Source: Callorhinchus milii
Lineage: Eukaryota
Direction of reading: 5' to 3'
DNA length: 64,000 nucleotides
Assembly (NCBI RefSeq): GCF_018977255.1
Contig: NW_024704747.1
Location: forward strand, 930,001-994,000
Shown: positions 58,101 to 64,000 of the stretch, piece by piece
How the letters are laid out: each line of letters begins with the position of its first letter
Numbering within the stretch: position 1 is the stretch's first letter
The notes under the pieces: generated by a model
Told to the model about the DNA's origin: nothing
The model's database searches: none
The model's input: only the letters and a program-made list of their open reading frames with translations
Program-made: the position numbers and the translations under genes

Positions 58101-61100
58101 AGACAGAGCCCACAGACAGAGAAAAAGATACACACACACACACATAGCAGACTGAGAAACATTCATGTAAATTATACACACAGCAGAGAGAGAGAGACAC
58201 ACACACACACACAGAGCAGAGACTGAGAGAAAAAAATGGTGCTGGACAGTCAAGGGTTATTCAATCAGTCCATGGACTGAAAACGAATTGATGAAGTAGG
58301 TTTGATACATACCCAAATGTCTGTCCGTTCATCTATAATGCAGTGACTCTCCACAGTGAAGAGCTCAGGTGCTCGATACGATATAGTACATCTCTGAGCT
58401 GCCCAGTCCTGCAACACAACATCAGCAAATCAACCTCAACAAGGCAAGGCAAGAGAGAGAGAAGAGGAAAAAACAGCGATCACAAAGGAACTGGATGGTC
58501 AGTGAGCCAGTAACTGAATAAAGCTAAGATAATCACCAAAAAAGGGGAGAGGGTGGGAGATTTTTTTTAAATACACAGAGAGTTTTTTATGATGTGGAAT
58601 GTACTACCAAAAACTGGCTAAAACAGAGTCGATAATAGCTTTTAAAAGGCTATCAAACAAATATTTGAAATGGCATCTAGTGGCATTTACACAGTGCCAT
58701 TCACGTCGGAAGGACGTCCCAAAGCATTGGATGGTCAAGGGTTTGGACCCGAGCTGGGGATTGGAATCAAGAGCGGTGGGAGGATGACCAAAGAAATATA
58801 TAAGGGGAATAGGCAGGTAATTGAACAGAATGCAGGAATTAAATAATAATAAATAGACAGATAGCTTTTGCAGAGAGATGGCATAGGAGTGATAGATAGA
58901 CTGAGCTGCCTCTTTCTGTGCCATTCAATGGCTTAGCGGCAGGTCAAGCAGCACCTGTCAAAGACATGAGCACTGTCTGTGTGGCGTAGCTCTCCCAAGC
59001 CTCGACTCTTGCCAACCTGTGCCTAGCACCATCCGAAATTAGGTAAGCAGGATGCATCCCTCCAGGGAGAGAGAGTGCGCATTCCATCTATCTCTGGGAT
59101 TTCCATGTGTAGGTGGGATGCATGGAATTCTCAGTCGGATTTGGAGACGCTTAAGCACAGTGATGGGTTTCCACGCGTGTCAAACACCCGGCTGACCAAA
59201 ATATAAATCATGGCCAAAATCTTATCCTTTCGCTGAATGATTCCAATACAAAGATTTACCAAAATGACCGACTTTATCTCCAGTTTATGTTCATGCGGAT
59301 CCAAGCCTCAACATTTGTTGTCAAACGGCTCTTTGTTTGTCCACACTGGGGCTTTGGCTGTCATTCACATGGACTGAAAGCTCAGTCTGCCTTGTTCTGT
59401 ACCTGAATGGACATGGCTTCCCGTGACCCTTTGACTTCAATCCGAGCCTTGTTCATTGACCCCAGGTCCATCAGCAGAGGCTGCTCATCCTCATCCAGAA
59501 GGACGTTGGTGGGTTTCACATCCCTGTCAGAAAACCAGTGAACTCTTAACATCTGCTTCCAGGAGTCTGTTATACTGAGTCAGCCTGTCATTCCCTACTG
59601 CGTTCTCTCCACCGCCCTCTCCCTCACATGCTTGAAGGGATATGGAGAAAAACCCAAGACAAAACAATATTCACAGCTGTCCATTTCGCACTTTGGCAGC
59701 TTTTGGAACTCGTCAGACCCAATCCAACATTTTAGATCATAAGAATTTGCTGACGAAACAAGACCAAGTCCATCCAGTTCGCCTTCCACCATCCTGGTAG
59801 TCGCATATGCAAGCACATCCCAAACTATACACTGTCGTCCACACCCCTTTCTAACTCAACTTACACCACATTCTGGTCGCACATAGCTCCACTCGCTCTG
59901 ACTTTGTGACAGAACCAGCCTTACCTGTGTGCATAGCCCTTATCATGTATAGCTTTCAACCCGGCGCAGATCCCATGGAAGATGCGGAGAATCCTTTCCT
60001 CAGACATGAAACTATTTGCATCCCGCAGCTTCTCCAACTCTGCCCACAGGGAGCCTTTCTGTAACAAACGAGTCACAAATCAGCTGTATTATAAATATAC
60101 AGAGCATGGAGGAACAGAGCAGTTCAGGAGGTAAGTTTCCTCTTCAGCCAATTGTCCCGTTTATCTGTCAGCTTGACTCAGTCGGCCACGCTCTCATCTC
60201 TGGATTTGATGGATGTGGGTTAGGAATGGGATGAGGCCATTCAGCCCCTCAAGCCTGTTCCACCATTCTATAAGATCATGGTTGATCTGTACCTCAACTC
60301 CAATTACCCGCCTTTGCCCCGTATCCCTTGATACCCTGACCTGACAAACATCTATCACCTCAGTCTAGACAATGCGAATGGATTCAGCCATAATCCATAG
60401 CCTTTTGGGGAAGGGATAAGAGTTCCAGATTCCCACTGGTCTTTTGTGAAAGAACACTTCCTGATTTAACTCCTAAATGGCCTAGCTCTAATTTTAAGAT
60501 GATGCCACGTTGTTCTGGATTGCCACATCAGAGGAAATAGTTTCTCTGTAGCTCAATGTTGGATTTGAGCTCACAGTTGTAGGAAGCTACTCCAATGCAG
60601 TACTAGGTGACTGCTCTATGGTCCTTTGAATGAAAGTTAAACCGAGATCCCATCTAGCTATTGAGATCACTGTTAGAAATCCAGTGACAATATTGGAAAA
60701 GAAAGGGCAGTTTCTCTTGGTATCCTGACCAACAATCTCCAAATTAATTAGCGTTCTGCCCACAAAACACACAGTCAATCCACTTTACAGTGTATCCTGT
60801 GAAGCACTTTGAGATGTCTCAATGACGTGATAAGGTGCTATATCAATTGCAAGGATTATTATTAATAGAACTATCTTTAAGGCAGTTAATGTAGCTTGTT
60901 GCTTTGTTCACAGTAATTACCTTAAAGCCCTTTGAAACATTTCAAAATGATGAGACGCCATAAATATGCAGGTTTCCTCTCTATTTGTTTCCTGGCCTGT
61001 AGATCGCTATCAATAATAGTGCAAATAACAGCTAGGAGTTCTTAGTTTAATAAGGACCATAAAATATAGAGCTATATACTGGTAAGCTACCAGCGATTAG

Positions 61101-62538
61101 CCATTGCGTAATTCTAACCATTCAACTAAAATACATTTTTGGTTCAGCACCTGGGTTTAATCACTTAGTACTGTATATAAAGTAGTGCACTTTTGCACAT
61201 CGCCACCAAGTGACTGAATCTAGTTGCTGCACAAAACCTTTCACTATTAAGAACGTGTCAAACAGCTCCACAGAGTGGCCAGATCCAGATAATACAAAAG
61301 CCTGGTATCAGAACTGAAGTTATATGCAATAAAATACTTATCCTTACATTTGATATAGTCTATACCATTGAGACGTCTTAAAGTGTTTCAAAGTTTCTGT
61401 AAAGTGTAGTGACTGTGTTGTAGCAATAATAATAATCCTTGCATTCGATATAACACCTTATCACACCGTTGAGACGTCTCAAAGCGTTTCACAGAATATA
61501 TTGTAAAGTGCAATGATCGTGTGTTTTGTGGACGAAATGCAGCAGTCAATTGTGCACAAACAGTCGTGGATTGAATGACCACATTTTTTTCAGGATTATT
61601 ACCCCCGAAAAGCGATCCACCAATCGACTAACAACCAGGTTCCTACTTACCTCTAGGTGAACAGAGGTGTGTGGAGTAAGGAAACTTGGTTAAGGTTTCG
61701 CCCTGCCCGAGAATTAAACCCGAGTTCCTTTCGCTTGCGAGGCAAGTGCTCTAACCACTACACTACAGGACTCTATATACACTGCAAACCTACTGTGTGC
61801 TCCTCAAGAGATAGCAACTGTGCACGATCGTTTTGGTTGCTTAATGAACACATGGACAGACAGACAGCAGGTCCTGTACCCTGATGTAAGGCAGCAACAG
61901 CCAGGCCTCGCACTTGGGGCTCTTGTCCTGGATGCAGTGGGCCTCCAGGAGTAGGACGTTGGGGTGGCTAAACATCCGGTGCATCTCCACCTCATGCAGC
62001 GCATTCTTGCGATCTTCTTTATCGTGACAGATGATGCGTTTCAGGGCATAGAACCGGCCGTTCTGGGCTCCCTCCACCAGGTCCACGTAGCTGAAACCTC
62101 TGGCAAAGAAACAGAATGCAGCTCATAGGAACATAGGTACAGTAAGAGGCCATTCAGCTCCGCGAGCCTGTTCCACCATTCTATTAGATCACTACTGTTG
62201 AGACAGAACCTTGCGGGGCAGGCTCGAGGGGCCGAATGGCCTACTCCTATTTCTTATGTTCTTATGTACTGTCTATGGCGGAGAATGCTAGATTCAAACA
62301 TTCCAATACTTAAGATATTTTTCTCCCCTCTTATCCCACACCCCTGCACAATTTTTCCTTTTTAAGTACCTATCAAATTTGACACCATTCTTTCAAAGAA
62401 TCAGGATCACAGCAAAGGAAACAATAGAAAACTGGTATCACTGATCACATACCCTTCATCCAGGTTCTGTATAAAGAAATAGCGTTTATTTTCGATTGTC
62501 AATATCCCACGAGAACAGATGCACACAGACTGACCCAT
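55126..62538 (-). CDS. STK16: Serine/threonine kinase 16; coding exons 62538-62453, 62099-61880, 60058-59925, 59523-59403, 58408-58313, 58078-57957, 55263-55126 (1-nt deficit at the start of the last exon)
   Basis: N-terminus [11 protein letters not shown] (myristoylation Gly2, palmitoylation Cys). Motifs [56 protein letters not shown] and [10 protein letters not shown]. Exon phases are consistent except for a frameshift in the last exon. Confidence 0.92.
57302..57689 (-). mobile_element. Young L2 3' fragment inserted into a SINE, with a 7-bp target-site duplication ACTACAA
   Basis: SINE sequence stops at ~57300 and resumes at 57690. ACTACAA occurs at 57299-57305 and 57690-57696. Confidence 0.85.
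60220..60550 (-). mobile_element. CR1-type LINE 3' fragment
   Basis: Similar to the CR1 3' end at 8620-8940 (GGCCATTCAGCCCCTCAAGCCTG...). Confidence 0.7.
61428..61772 (-). mobile_element. Full-length tRNA-derived SINE in an STK16 intron
   Basis: Reverse complement of the consensus. Confidence 0.82.
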
Positions 62539-62744
62539 GGTCCAAGGTACATCCTTTACTTTACTGAAAAAAATCAATAAATTACAGAAATCACCCACAG
62601 TGCAAAACCTCAACATGGATAACAAGTAAACAAGTCTATTTGCTTTGAGATATTCAGACGTACAAGGAGGTATAAAAAAAGCAATCTCTTCTTTATGTTG
62701 TGCCTTTCACATAGGATTACCATCTCAACAGGATAAAAAAAAAT

Positions 62745-63050
62745 CGTTGCATTTGATACAGCGCTTTTCACGTCTTCTTGACGTCTCAAAGCGCTTCACA
62801 GTGTAGACTGTAAAGTGAATTGACTGCATAATTTGTGGGCAAAGCGCAGCAGCCGATTGCGCACAGCAGCGTCACCCACAAGCACTCGTGGATTGAAGTG
62901 ACCAATTCATTACTGTTTTTTTTCTTGAGGGATTATCATCAGGCTGCGTGCGGAGGAAGGAAACTTGCCCAAGGTCTCACCCTGCCGGGAATCGAAGCCA
63001 GGTCTCTCGCTTGCGAGGCGAGTGCTCTAACCACTGAGCCGCAGGACTCC
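62745..63050 (-). mobile_element. tRNA-derived SINE
   Basis: Reverse complement of the consensus with an internal deletion. Confidence 0.78.
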
Positions 63051-63289
63051 ACTAAAGCTTTCCCAAAGACACCCAAACCGGTGTAACGGTGAGTTTGAGG
63101 GTTTAAGAGTAAATCCTGCGAAGCGCTCAAGAGAGATCTCCAAGACATCATAGGGCACTGCACCAAAACGTACGAACTGCTCGACCATCAATTTGAGACG
63201 TCTCAAAGCACTTCACAGAATATTACTGCAAAGTGTAGTGACTGTGCATTCTGTGAGCTGCAACCTCCACCCAGTGCCACAGCCCTTAG

Positions 63290-64000
63290 ACCCATCACGT
63301 GACCGAGGGGGGGGCGGGGCGGGGCGATCGCCAACGCCCACTCTGCGCACGCGCGGCGCAGCGCACCTTGGGGATTGTAGTTCTGCCAACGCGAAAATGG
63401 CCGCCGGGTTGCCCTGAATTTCAGCTCCAGGCCTAGAAATCCGGGTCCGGAAGCTCTTCCGGCCAACCCCGCCCCTTCATTGACGCCGACCCGGTGGCGT
63501 GGAGGAGGGGCGGGCGGCGGGGGGGGGGGTGGAGAGTGGAAATAATGGCGCTCCCCGGTTTGCTGCAGTCTTGTCAGAGCTGAGGGGAAAGAGACAAGCG
63601 CGGGGGGTCTGTCTGTCTGTCTCCTCGGCTCACCTGACCTTACCAACCGCGCGCGTTCCTCCCAACCGCCAACTCCTCCCTCCTCCTCCTCCTCCCGCCG
63701 CTGCCACATAGTGCGCAGCCGCCGCCGCGCGCAGCTCGTGCTGTCACGTGACTCACTTTCTCTTCCCCCCCCCCGCCCACCGTGATGGCGGCCTTGCCAG
63801 ATAGTGAGCCGCCAGTCAATTCAAACGGCTCCCTCCCACGCCGATCTCGCGAGATCACCCGGCTGCCAAATAGTGGGACTTGGCCACCCGGGACGGGATT
63901 TGGCGCCCTGCCTCTCGCGAGAGTTCGTCCCCCCCCCCGCCCGGCCCCCCCAGCCCGGGGCGGGAAAGGAGAGGTCACGTGATCCGCCGCTCACCTGCAG
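63290..64000. promoter_or_regulatory. CpG island / STK16 promoter and 5' non-coding exons, possibly bidirectional
   Basis: CpG-rich. ACTACAATCCC-type motif at ~63371, YY1-like AAAATGGCCGCC at ~63394, and E-boxes TCACGTGA. Minus-strand donors near 63633, 63644 and 63994. The acceptor before the STK16 ATG exon is at 62563. Confidence 0.65.

Noticed and set aside
62453-62465. STK16 glycine loop reads LDEGGF instead of LGEGGF
   Set aside because: It is a single substitution at a position that varies among kinases, and the catalytic motifs are intact. This is not evidence of a pseudokinase.
63782-63982. Plus-strand ORF MMAALPDSEPP... as the first exon of a neighbouring gene such as GLB1L
   Set aside because: I recognise no homology. 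GC-rich islands produce spurious ORFs, and the window ends here.

Overview
Vertebrate genomic DNA, most likely a cartilaginous fish and possibly a chimaera. This is inferred from the CR1, L2 and Deu-type SINE repeat content and not verified. The window holds a cluster of five intact four-exon alpha-tubulin genes: four on the minus strand (called A-D here) and one on the plus strand (E), head-to-head with D. Gene E is followed tail-to-tail by STK16 (minus strand, 7 coding exons). This arrangement matches the human STK16-TUBA4A-TUBA4B region. Main observations: (1) Tubulin coding bodies are nearly identical even at synonymous sites while introns and UTRs are unrelated, a gene-conversion signature, yet the K40 loop and C-terminal tail differ between genes. 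(2) Gene B is strongly divergent, with K40 replaced by W and a short, nearly Glu-free tail. (3) Gene E has a 3-aa lysine-rich insertion in the K40 loop. (4) A ~210-nt block bounded by AG and GT, with an early in-frame stop, is conserved in intron 3 of genes A and C and is a candidate poison exon. (5) STK16 is exactly one base short in its last exon, either an assembly indel or a real frameshift. (6) An orphan CpG-island promoter lies at ~27-28.2 kb. The rest is dense in tRNA-derived SINEs and L2 and CR1 LINE fragments, some nested. Repeat boundaries are approximate; exon boundaries were read by eye from GT-AG sites.
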